Shown in pieces: positions 52,990-64,000 of a stretch of DNA of 64,000 nucleotides. The notes below the pieces were generated by a model, which saw only the letters and a list, made by a program, of their open reading frames with translations, was not told the origin of the DNA and did not search any database. Source of the stretch: Octopus vulgaris (lineage: Eukaryota); assembly GCA_951406725.2 (NCBI GenBank), contig OX597821.1, forward strand, positions 28,148,001 to 28,212,000, given 5' to 3'. The translations under genes and the position numbers were made by a program. How positions within the stretch are numbered: position 1 is the first letter of the stretch; each line of letters begins with the position of its first letter.

Positions 52990-53750
52990 TGTACTACAGT
53001 GTCCAGGAGTCTCATCTTCATAGGAAATCCCCAGTAGTGGATACTATCAAAGCTACTGAAACATGAAGGGCCAAAGCTTACCAGGTCACTAACTGCAACC
53101 TATCAGAAGATGAGATATAAAGCAGTGGCCAGAGCAGTGCAGCCGATCACTGATGATAACCATTCACAAGAAAGGCAACTTAAAACTCTACCAGAATTAT
53201 AGAACAGTCAGCCTACTTAAAAAGCCCAGCAAAGTATAGCTAAGAGTTTTGCTACAGATATTTTAGGAAAGGTCGCAGAAGTAATCTTTGTAGAAGAATA
53301 GGCCGGTTCTAGGCTCAAAATGAGTATTGTAGAGCATATATTTAGCGTTAGTTGGTCATTAAGAAACATCTGCAACACAAATCTGGCCTCAAACAAAACT
53401 TCATGTTACAACGGGTTGTTGCAGGTGATGAAAAATTGCATTGGAGCATTCTTCGGGACAACAGTGTGTGTTCGACGAAGATGTCAACTTTGTCCAGTGC
53501 ATTTCGACATCTTCCAGGAGACACCTCAAGGCTCCCACCCCTCTCTTTCCATCGAAGGACGGCACGTTTCCTGCACTTTGCTGATGATATTAACCTCTAA
53601 GGCAGCAATGAAGCGGAACTAATACAGCTTACCACCTAAGATCATTGCAGAAAAGGGTAGTAGTAACGTCCAAAACACGGCAACCAACGTCATGCTGAGC
53701 AGAGAGAAGTGGATACCATCAAGTACATTGGATCCGTTCGCCTGGGAAGT
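52990..53750 (+). mobile_element. Decayed RTE-clade LINE reverse transcriptase fragment
   Basis: LLKHEGP, QWPEQ, IHKKGNLKLYQNYRTVSLL, VRRRCQLCP..F, FADDINL spread across frames. Confidence 0.8.
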
Positions 53751-54469
53751 AGTACTCCTTAAAGCCCTTACAGTTTTGGTGAGCAAACCGGCAGTTTATA
53801 CCGTCTTCCTGATGCCTTGCAAGTAACATTTACTCATCCTCGTCTTCACTCCAAATTTTTCTCTCCTTACTGGAGCCTTCATGTTTCGGTTTTTTGATTT
53901 TTATTTGGTGGTTTGGAATTTCAGCTCTAGCTTTAGGTGTTTCATCATTTCCTTTTCTTTCCTCTCCCTTTTCTTTTTTATGTTTTTGCGTGTTATCTTT
54001 CCTTCTTTTACTGGTGGTAGCCCCTGCATTCCACTGGATGTTCATAGGAGTGAGGGCTCCAATGTTTGTGGGAACAATGGCACAGAGGAACATCTAGTTG
54101 TTGCTTTGACCTTATCAGCCTGATTATTCACAGGGGTGGGGGGTCCATTCTTTTGTGGGATCCATGGATCAGAGACCTCTGGTTGTTGCTTCATTTTCCC
54201 TATCCTTATCATCCTTGTCACAGTAGTTTTCAAAGATGCCATCAAGAGTGTCAATATGTGGCCTAATAAGGGCATAGGATCAGATGAATTCGTTTTTCTT
54301 TCGCTCTATCTGCTCAATGGTTCTACAGAAACCATTGTTCTTCAGTGCAGCAGCAATGATGTTGTTTTGAAGATCGCCGCTAGCAATTGTCCAAGGTCGC
54401 AACAGAAGATTCGTTTCTTTGCTTTCCTATTTTAGTGCCATCTTGGTTATCTAAACCTTCAGGGATTGG

Positions 54470-55050
54470 ATAAGATAGAGAGGAAGTGAGAGAGATAGAG
54501 AGAGGTAGAGAGGACGAAAGACAGAGGGAGGGAAAGGGGAAGAGAGAGATATGGAGGAAAGAGAGAGGAAGATTTGAAGGAAAGAGAAAAGGGCATGGAG
54601 CGATAGCGAGACAGAGGAAGGGAGAGTTGGGGAAGAGAAAGAGAGAAAAGAGAATGATGAATGTATGAAGGAATGAGAGAGACGGAGTGAGAGGGAGAGG
54701 AGGAAAAACAAGATATATATGAGGGAGAGGGAGAGATGAGAGGGTGAGAGTTAGGTGTAGAGAGATACAACAGGAGGGAGAGACGAGCGGGAAAAGGAGG
54801 AAGATATGAAAACGAGGGAGAGCCAGAGTGAAAGAGAAAGGAAAGAAAAGAGGAAGGTATGAAAGAGAGAGGGAGAGAGGTTGATGTAGAGAGAGGCAAA
54901 ATGAGGGAGAGAGAAGCGGGAAAGTGAGGAAGACAAGAAAGGAAGGGAGAGACAGAGTGAGGGAGAGAGGAGATAAAAAGAGGAAGTTACGAAAGAGAGA
55001 GAGGAAGAGCAGATGACGAGGATATAAAGGAAAGAGAAAAACAGAGGATA
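54470..55050. repeat. Polypurine (GA-rich) low-complexity tract
   Basis: Direct reading. Confidence 0.9.
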
Positions 55051-55645
55051 TAGAACGAAAAGGCCGCTTTAAGAAATTACGTGAAAAAAGATAGTGAGAA
55101 GAAAGATGTTTCGTAACGAATTTTCAAATAGAACGTAAACAAACAATACGTTTTCACTTAAATTTACACACGGTGATACTAGAGATAAAATAAAATAATA
55201 TAAACAAAATGAACATGATATTTATTCCCTAGAGGTAAAAATTGTTATCGTTGTTCTTCTACGAAGTTTTTTTTTTCGAAGAAAAATCGATTTCTTTTCA
55301 CACACGGCCACTTATGAAAGTGCGATTTATCCATGCTTTCTTCAAGGATATCTCTGGCTTGCGTCGTTGACTTCAATGCAATATATCAAACCTTCATGTA
55401 ATAAATTAAGCTTTTTCACGAATGTATTATAGTAGACCGTTAAGAAATAACAAGTACCATGTTATTTTGGTAAGTTGTGGTAGATTTTTCGTTGATTTAG
55501 GGAATCCCTCTAGGTTGTTTCAGGAGCACGAAAAAAACGTCTTCCACAACCGAAACCGGAAGTCATACATATATATAACATATAACACACACACACATAT
55601 TCATATATTGTATGTATACGCATGCGTACGTATGTATATACGTAC

Positions 55646-55694
<49 letters not shown>

Positions 55695-55814
55695 GAGGGC
55701 ATTATTATACATACATGCCACACGCTAAGAAGGACATTAGTCATTTCTACCAAAAATTTTACTAATCCCACCCAAATGCAATTTTTCAAAGCAAGACATT
55801 TAAAAAATGAATTT

Positions 55815-55863
55815 AGTCTTGTATCACCTGTGATTTCGTACTTACGTACTCATCAGCAAGACT
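55815..55863 (-). ncRNA. Type I hammerhead ribozyme, canonical core
   Basis: AGTCTTG-CTGATGA-GTAC gtaa GTAC-GAAA-TCAC ag GTGA-TA^CAAGACT; all three stems pair perfectly. Confidence 0.93.
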
Positions 55864-56280
55864 GGTTCTGAACGCATCATGGATAAACGACCTGTCTCGT
55901 CGAAGCCAAACAGCTAACTGTTCAACCCCAACGAAGCACATGGGGAAGTTTACATATAATACATCCGGTAAATGGCAGGCTTCTTCGAATTGCATTTCGG
56001 ATGAGAAAAGTTTTTTCGGAATAAAATTATTTAACAATTAAGGATAACTTCTTAATAAGGAATCTTAACAAGAAATTATCAGGTAGATAGCGTGAAAAAC
56101 CTCATAAGAGAAGAATTCCGAAAATAATTCTTTCTTATTGAACATATTAATTCATATATAGAGGGCATTATTATACATACATGCCACACGCTAAGAGGGA
56201 CATTAGTCATTTCTACCAAAAATTTTACTAATCCCACCCAAATGCAATTTTTCAAAGCAAGACATTTAAAAAATGAATTT

Positions 56281-56329
56281 AGTCTTGTATCACCTGTGAT
56301 TTCGTACTTACGTACTCATCAGCAAGACT
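56281..56329 (-). ncRNA. Type I hammerhead ribozyme, canonical core (identical second copy)
   Basis: Identical to 55815-55863. Confidence 0.93.
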
Positions 56330-56375
56330 GGTTCTGAACGCATCATAGATAAACGACCTGTTTATATATATATAT

Positions 56376-56692
56376 ACTCTCTTTTACTCTTTTACCTGTT
56401 TCAGTCATTTGACTGCGGCTAAGTGACGGGGACGTAAACACACCAGCATCGGTTGTCAAGCAATGCTAGGGAGACAAACACAGACACACAAACACACGCA
56501 CACACACACACATATATATACATATATACGGCAGGATTCTTCCAGTTTCCGTCTACCAAATCCACTCACAAGGCATTGGTCGGCCCGGGGCTATAGCAGA
56601 AGACACTTGCCGAAGATGCCATGCAGTGGGAATGAACCCGCAACCATGTGGTTGGTTAGCAAGCTACTTACCACACAGCCACTCCTGCGCCT
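56376..56692 (-). mobile_element. SINE family A with internal deletion
   Basis: Colinear with the other copies but lacks about 90 bp after GACTGCGG. Confidence 0.88.
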
Positions 56693-58300
56693 ATATATAT
56701 ATATATATATAAAATAAGGGCAAAAGAAAAATTCTAATGCCAAATATGCTGAAAATAGACAAATTGTCAATAACCATTATAATTTATGCGTCTCGAAACA
56801 AGCCGATAGAAATTTTTTAAAAATTCCGTTATTGCCGTATTGGTTCCAATTTCAAAGTTAATTCATAAGAATTTTCTCCTCCTCAGCGATAAATGCGTAA
56901 GACCTAAATGAAATACTCATTCTCATGGAAAAAGCAAGCACTAAGTCCTGAGCAGACCTAAGTACCCCAAATATATCCAAAATAGAAAATTTTCAGCACA
57001 TCTCGAGGCACGGGTGATTTGAATTAGAAACTTTCACAGAGTGAGAATGTCCAGAAGTGAACACTATCAAATTTACATGTAATGTAGGATAAAATTTTTT
57101 CGAAAAAAAAAAAAAATTCACAAGAAATTTTCTTTCCCACTAAGGTATATGCTACTTAAACGATTTTAACTTACTGTATTTCCATCAGCGTCGTTATCGG
57201 ATTGTCAGCAAATATTACAGATTGAAAAATTAGTTTTATTAATGGAAATATTCCGAAGAAAATTCAAAGCTGTTCAATGTTGTATTGACTAATTTTATAC
57301 AGTTAGTATTTCTAGGGATGCCAGAATCATATACAGTGATTCCCCAATCCCTATGAGATTAACATGTAGTTATTGATTAGATGTGTACTAATAAACAAGT
57401 GTTTAGTTTTTCTGTTTGTTTGTTTAACTGATGATTAATGAGTTAAGATTAACAATCATTGCGTTATTTTACATTTAGGACTTTCACATCAAGTAGTAAC
57501 TTTAGTGCTTTGGCCAACTATAAACTATACACCAAAAGGCAATTTATGGAATAGAAAACATCAAAACTTTGTTGATCGCAATGAAAAACTATTGATTCGG
57601 AAATCCTCAGCTCAGCTTCAATGGACAGAAATCTATACTTATCACTTTAAGCAAATTCTTTTCATTACAACTAATATCTCTCCCACTCGATACTCTATAT
57701 GAATAAGTAACATCTACAAGACAGTAAAATAAGAAGAAAGCCACGCTTTTAAGTATACCGAACGGCGTCCATTTACACAAAACATTCTATATTCGCAATA
57801 AATTTATGCATCAGTTATTAGCCTTTTAGGTAAAAGTAATTGCTTTTACTCTTCACCAATTGGAAGACATTTCTGAAACAATAATACATACTTCGATAAA
57901 ATTCTGCCTTTACTTTCAGAATTAGATATAATTGTTGCTAAATGATGCGCTTCAGCACAATGTTCTATTTTTATACTTATATTCATGTTGTATTGATCTC
58001 TACTCCCCACCACAAGCACCTTCAAATTCACATGCGCACATTTATAAATTTTATTTACCACTTTCGCTATTATATATTCATCTCCTTCAATTTTCTTTCA
58101 TTTTCTCGATAAACTCTTTCATTTTCTATAGAATCAGCTACTCATTCAGACTTCACTGTCGTTTTCGTCATTAGTTTATGCTAGTTTTTCTTCTCTATTT
58201 CTCTTAATATTACTCTCAACAAACAAAAACACTCCACATGCACACTTCTAATATACATGCATACATAAATGTGTGTATCTGTCCGTGTGTGTGCACTTGC

Positions 58301-58360
<60 letters not shown>

Positions 58361-58361
58361 T

Positions 58362-58392
<31 letters not shown>

Positions 58393-58509
58393 GTCTGGAT
58401 GTGTCTGTGTGTATATATATACATAGATATATATGTATATATATATATATATATATAAACATATCTATATATATGTCTGTATATGTGTGTATATATATGC
58501 ATACATACA

Positions 58510-58576
<67 letters not shown>

Positions 58577-58743
58577 ATGCGTATGTGTGTATAGAGACAT
58601 ATTACCCATAACCTATCTAGTTACCAATAGTCTTTGTATTTTCAGTTATATTATTTTCATTTACGGCTTTTCGCTTGTTTTAACACATTTATACACTTTC
58701 TTGTACAGTAACGCTTCGTTGCCTTTGGTTGTGAAACACACAC

Positions 58744-58776
<33 letters not shown>

Positions 58777-58977
58777 TAGATACACACACACACACACTCA
58801 CTGACACACAAAAATACACACACACACACACATACGGGGAGACACAGATACATATATGCATATATATAGGTTTGTACATAAAAACATATATACATATGTG
58901 CATAGATATGTACACACATTCACAATCGCGTAGTGTGTGCGTATATATATAATATATATACACATATATATATATAA

Positions 58978-59030
<53 letters not shown>

Positions 59031-59115
59031 TTATATATGTGTATGTATGTGTGCATATTTACTATATACAGTTCTATTATAGGTAGGATCAGCAAAGAAA
59101 AGTAGTCCATCCATT

Positions 59116-59152
<37 letters not shown>

Positions 59153-59297
59153 ATCATTTAATACACACAATTTATTATCTCTTCAGTAAAATGTATATAT
59201 TAAATTATATATTTAATATACACACTATATACGTACATATATACGTACTATATATGGATATAACTATAACTCTATCTATATCTATATATGTGTACAC

Positions 59298-59335
<38 letters not shown>

Positions 59336-59416
59336 TTACATATAAATCTACTTCGATACATACATAAATGCATGCCTGCATAGTCACACAGACACACACA
59401 TGCATACATATATACA

Positions 59417-59464
<48 letters not shown>

Positions 59465-60169
59465 AGCGTACACGTGTATATGAATCACTTCACTTTGTAT
59501 AGGAATTGGTAACAGACAAATACTTCCCTTTGATATCCTATGTCTGTATTCTTTTTTCTTCTTCCTTCTAGCACTTTCCTCCCGCGAGTCTAGCGTGTTT
59601 TCTTTGCTTAGTGTGTTCTTGTCCAATATGATATGCTCCATATTTATCTAAATTCCTCACATTGATATTCCATTATTATTCTGTTATAGCCTCTTTATTG
59701 TTCCCTCGGCAAATGCATTACGTCTAGCCAACAGGCCTCTCGTAATATCGCATTGAATATTAGAAGACATATTTCACTATCGATATATATGTCTACATTT
59801 CCTCTTGTTACAGTGTTACATCCGCCGCTACTGAAGCCTTATGTGCTTCCATACATGCGGCGGCGACTGTTGCAGCTACAATAGTAATGGAATTGGTGGA
59901 GATATTATTGGCGTTTTTGGTGGCTTCGGTACTGCTGATGGCTGAGATGCTGTTTGTGCTAGCGGTGGTAGTGGTGTTGGTACATGAAGAATTTCTACTG
60001 TTGAAATGTTAATATCTATATATTTTATACCTTGTAAGCTTTGCCGCTATCCTTTATTCGGCGCTGTATTTTGTGGCGTCCATCGTTCTCAAAAGATGTA
60101 GTATTTAACCTGTGGATCGTGATGCTATTGTTAGAGATGCTGTTCGTTTATAATGCCCTTCTCGTGTTT

Positions 60170-60520
60170 GTTGACGATGACAGTTTGATGATGATGGTGA
60201 TGAGGATAATATTGATGGTAGTGGTGGTGGTGGTGATGACGACGATGGTGATGATGACGCTCATGATGATGATGGAGTTGGTGGTGGTGATGGGGCATTT
60301 ATTGTTGGTGGAGGTAACAATGGTGTTGGTGATGATGGCGCTGGTTGTAGCGAAGCCGGAAGTGGTGATGGTGGTGTTGATGAAGACCATGACAGGGATG
60401 TGATGGTTGTGGTGACGAGCATATATCGATGTCGTCGACGACACGATGAGGACGATCATGATGACAAAAAGGATTTTTATGATCACGTGGATGAGGACAA
60501 CAACGCAGTGATGATGATCA
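60170..60520. repeat. Degenerate (GAT/GGT)n trinucleotide tract
   Basis: Direct reading. Confidence 0.85.
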
Positions 60521-60521
60521 A

Positions 60522-61480
60522 CTTTCTTTTCTACTCTAGGCAAAGGTGAGAAATTTGGGGGGAGGGGGACAGTCGATTAGCTTGACCCCAGTACGCAACT
60601 GGTACTAAATTTATCGACCCCGAAAGGATGAAAGCAAAGCCAACCTCAGCGAATGATGATCAACATTGTGATCATAATGACAATAACGTTGACGATACTA
60701 AACCTAACGTGATGGATGATGAGAATGGTTCGTATAAGACGTCGGTAATGACGGCGACATTGCTGGTATATTTTTAAACATCACAAATTTAAAACATTTC
60801 TGCTGGTGTCGAATTGGAATTCTTCGCTGTTAATTCGTTTTTCATTGCTTAGAATATTACTGATATAACGATTCCAGAGCAGAAATGCATATAGAGGCGG
60901 TACCGGCCTCTGTTACTCATTATGCGTTTGCATGAATATACTAGATATTTTATTGAGAAAGTGTAAGGATATTTTTACAAAAGGATATTTGTTCCCTGTC
61001 GGTCGGTATAGTATAAGATCGAAGGCAGAAAAAGTACGTAACTATTTAAAACACAATGAATAACATATCATGATATTTGGTACTATCATGATAGTACCAC
61101 TTGAAATTGATGAAATACTGGTTTCAAATTTTGCTACAAAGCCATCAGTTTTGTAGGAGGCGTTAAGCCGATTACAAAGACGCTAGTGAACATCCGGTAC
61201 GTATTTTATCGATTCCAAAAGTATGAAAGACGAAGGTGAATACCGATGAATTTGAACTCAGAACGTTAAAGACGCGTAAAATATTGTCAAGCAAGTATTT
61301 TCTTCGGCACTCTCACGATTCTGCTAGCTCGCGCACCTGAAATTGATAAAATATTGATTTTCAGTTTTTGCATAACGCCAGTGATTTCGAAGGAGGGCGG
61401 GACTAAGTCGATTACATCGACCCTCGGTTTTCACTTGATGCATATTTTACTGAGCCTGAAAGGATGAAAGGCAAAGTCTA
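60522..61480 (-). mobile_element. Three decayed SINE family B-related fragments (about 60522-60652, 61120-61335, 61350-61480)
   Basis: Shared core GTCGATT..GACCCC..GGTACT..TTTATCGACCCCGAAAGGATGAAAG, and GAATTTGAACTCAGAACG. Confidence 0.7.
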
Positions 61481-61663
61481 TGCATCAGCATCACACTGGT
61501 ATACATATGTATATCGATTCGTAAACGATATATATTGACTATATCTGATAGAGTATGTTGGGGATGGTGGGGATTGGGAGGTCATTGCGCCTTATACATA
61601 ACTCTCGTCAAGTCATGAATGTCATTCGTTAATCATTGTAGATTCGTGTATAGTGCGTCATAT

Positions 61664-62076
61664 ACTCTCTCTGTTACTTGTTTCAGTCATTTGACTGTGG
61701 CCATGCTGGAGCACCACCTTTTAGTCGAGTAAATCGACCCCAGGACTTATTCTTATGTAAGCCCAGTACTTATTCTGTCGGTCTCTTTTGCCGAACAGCT
61801 AAGTTACGGGGACGTAAACACACCAGCATCGGTTATCAAACGATGTTCGTGGGGGACAAACACAGACGCACAAACATATACACATACACATACATATATA
61901 TATACATATATACGGCGGGCTTCTTTCAGTTTTCGTCTACCAAATCCACTCACAAGGCTTTGGTCGGCTCGATGCTATAGTAGAAGAGACTCGCCCAAGA
62001 TGCCATGCAGTGGGACTGAACCCGGAACCATGTGGTTCGTAAGCAAGCTACTTACCACACAGCCACCCCTACACCT
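61664..62076 (-). mobile_element. Full-length SINE family A
   Basis: Colinear with 26921-27341. Confidence 0.9.
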
Positions 62077-62099
62077 ATATGGTTATATTGATATAAATC

Positions 62100-63270
62100 T
62101 TTTGTCACTGTAATCCAGTATGCCGTTATGTTTAATCTTAGCATGCTAATACAGTTCCGATGCATGTTTGCTATCACTATAATCCTTCTAATACGCATCC
62201 ATTCTCTCAGCTGTTGTTCGTATAGCTTCCACTATCTATGTTTTTGGTCGGTTTCTTACATTCCCCGCTCCATACATTGTAGATGATAAGCTACTTTTCT
62301 TGTTTCATTGTTGATCAAGGTATTCGTGTTACACACAGTAGCAGTAAAAGCTCCATTCCGTCATGAAGGAACTTGGGATTGCACGTAGAAAGTTCCCCGC
62401 CTTGTCTAAACTCTTACCTAACATTTGCAACCCGTTGCTTAGTTTTTACGATATCTATGGCAAGTCGTATTAGAACCATTTCCTACAAAGCCTTCTTTTT
62501 CTTCAACACTGTGTAAATTCTGATTCTATCATTTTGGTCCTCTTCTGAAAATTGTTTGCGGTGCATGAAGTTCTGTATATTTCGTGATTGCAGAGAGTCT
62601 GCGATTGGGATTTACTATTAATTATTCTAAATTTGGTATTATTATATTTGTCTTAACGTAATATATGTTACTCCGGAATTCCAATGGACTAAATACTTAG
62701 TGGTCATATGTTTCGCAGAAGATGAACGGGAAAACTGTATTCTGTTAGGTATGTCTCTAGGTAGAGTTCAGAATCAAGGACGCGGAATGAATCCATAAAG
62801 TGGATTGCTGTCCATCTTACTGTTTTAAAGTTCTTAAGTAAAACTTTGTGGAATTGTCTTAGAAAGGAATCACAACCGTGTTTCGTGGTCTGCTACCACA
62901 ACAGCTCCTTTATAGGATCCAGTAAGCTCAAGACATCATCATGAGGAACCACGTCCGGTTTCGGGCCCTACTCCTCTACCGTTTTGACGTGACACCCCCC
63001 CCCCATTTTTGGAGGTGTCTTCAGCTCTGGTGTTGGGTGCATGTCTTCTTTCTTCTGTTCCATGGCCTCTTCGATGTAGCGTCAGCGAGTGTCAGCGGAC
63101 GACTGACTGATTGTCAAATTTTTCCCTTTAAATACCTCCCGCAAGGCTCCAGCAGACAGCCCCAGCAAGTTGTCACGTGACACCGTCTCACCTTAACTGA
63201 CTAGTGAAGGCGCGTAGTTTTAGCCCGCGCATTCTTTAAACGACCGTCACCTGTCAGTCAGCGAAGTGTT
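62100..63270 (-). mobile_element. Heavily decayed Penelope-like element (pLTR-like region + RT C-terminus + GIY-YIG remnants)
   Basis: Minus-strand fragments DDVL, TTKYLVHWNS..KTNII, VAYHLQCMSGEC..RTTAERM; GAAACCGGAC HHR relic at about 62950-62965. Confidence 0.5.
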
Positions 63271-64000
63271 ATATAATATATATCTACTCTGTAATATGAC
63301 CGAACAATTGCGGCCGTTTGAAGCTTAATTAATACATACAAAACAGGAAAAATTTCCTTAATTTTATTCGTAATTATGACTGTATTAAATAAGTGTATAA
63401 ATAATTGATATCAAAATGCTCATGATATGTATACACCTATTCTTTTAGGGTGACAAACATTGGCTTACATTTTCCAACACTCTAAAAGACACTGCAGATT
63501 TTTGAGCTCATGTGCTGTTATTTCAACAAACTGCTAACAACTTTATTCAAAAATTAATCTGGAATTGAACTCATTTCTCTCTCCACCCACCAGTGATAAC
63601 AGCTAAAGTTTTGTTATCAAAAAGACACCGTTGAAATGGGTGTCCGTTGATAGAAACAGAGGGACTAAATTCATACCATTATAGTATCAGTATGTTTGCT
63701 TATACACACCACACCCTCTTTTTGGCAAAGCAGTAATAATTATTCATATAATAGAGAATAACATTTCAGGAAATAAAAACAGGTAACAAATATATCTTTC
63801 ATTTTTTTTTAACAGTATTTCCAAATTCATTGGTAAAGTAATATATGTATATACGTATATACAGAAATGAAGCGGACATTAATATTATGTGTCAAGTAAA
63901 TTGAACAACATCGCATCAGAGAATATTGACGTTAAAATTGAGGAGTAGAAAGACGTGCATATATAATGGAAGATGCATCAGTTATATGTTACAAGAGGAA

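Larger units (their letters stand above)
55691..56361 (-). mobile_element. Non-coding element with a ~205-bp direct repeat (466-bp period), each repeat carrying a hammerhead (retrozyme-like / tandem pLTR)
   Basis: 55691-55895 repeats at 56157-56361 with about 2 differences. (TA)n flanks. Confidence 0.85.

Noticed and set aside
56745-56815. Possible hammerhead relic (CTGAAAA-TAGAC...GTCTC-GAAA-CAAGCCG)
   Set aside because: C3/A8 mismatch, and stems I and III do not pair convincingly.
59480-59800. Possible PLE endonuclease C-terminal relic (also 30600-30830)
   Set aside because: Only vague LNxRxE/CRH-like similarity.
60041-60543. Met/Val-rich and Thr/Ile-rich ORFs
   Set aside because: Products of a degenerate (GAT/GGT)n repeat.

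Overview
AT-rich animal genomic DNA with dense (TA)n/(TG)n/(TATG)n microsatellites. The SINE families resemble those of octopus/coleoid cephalopods (inference). I find no host protein-coding gene; most ORF-track entries are microsatellite translations. The window is mostly transposon remnants: a nearly intact 5'-truncated Neptune-type Penelope-like element (PLE; RT + GIY-YIG) with inverted pLTRs, a CR1-like LINE, an L1/Tx1-like LINE, RTE and R4/Dong-like fragments, two Rep/Hel Helitrons and three mini-Helitrons, Tc1/mariner and hAT derivatives, and three tRNA-derived SINE families. The main non-obvious signal is RNA structure. At least 14 type I hammerhead ribozyme (HHR) motifs from about 7 sequence families can be read by eye, several with non-canonical cores. 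They include a tandem pair 466 nt apart (retrozyme/circRNA-like), fold-back palindromes in (TA)n, and a recurring element with two different outward-facing pLTR ends. Also present are a 353-nt repeat with a candidate HDV-like pseudoknot and a 1.7-kb (GAAAATTTTC)-type satellite whose junctions may be assembly artefacts.
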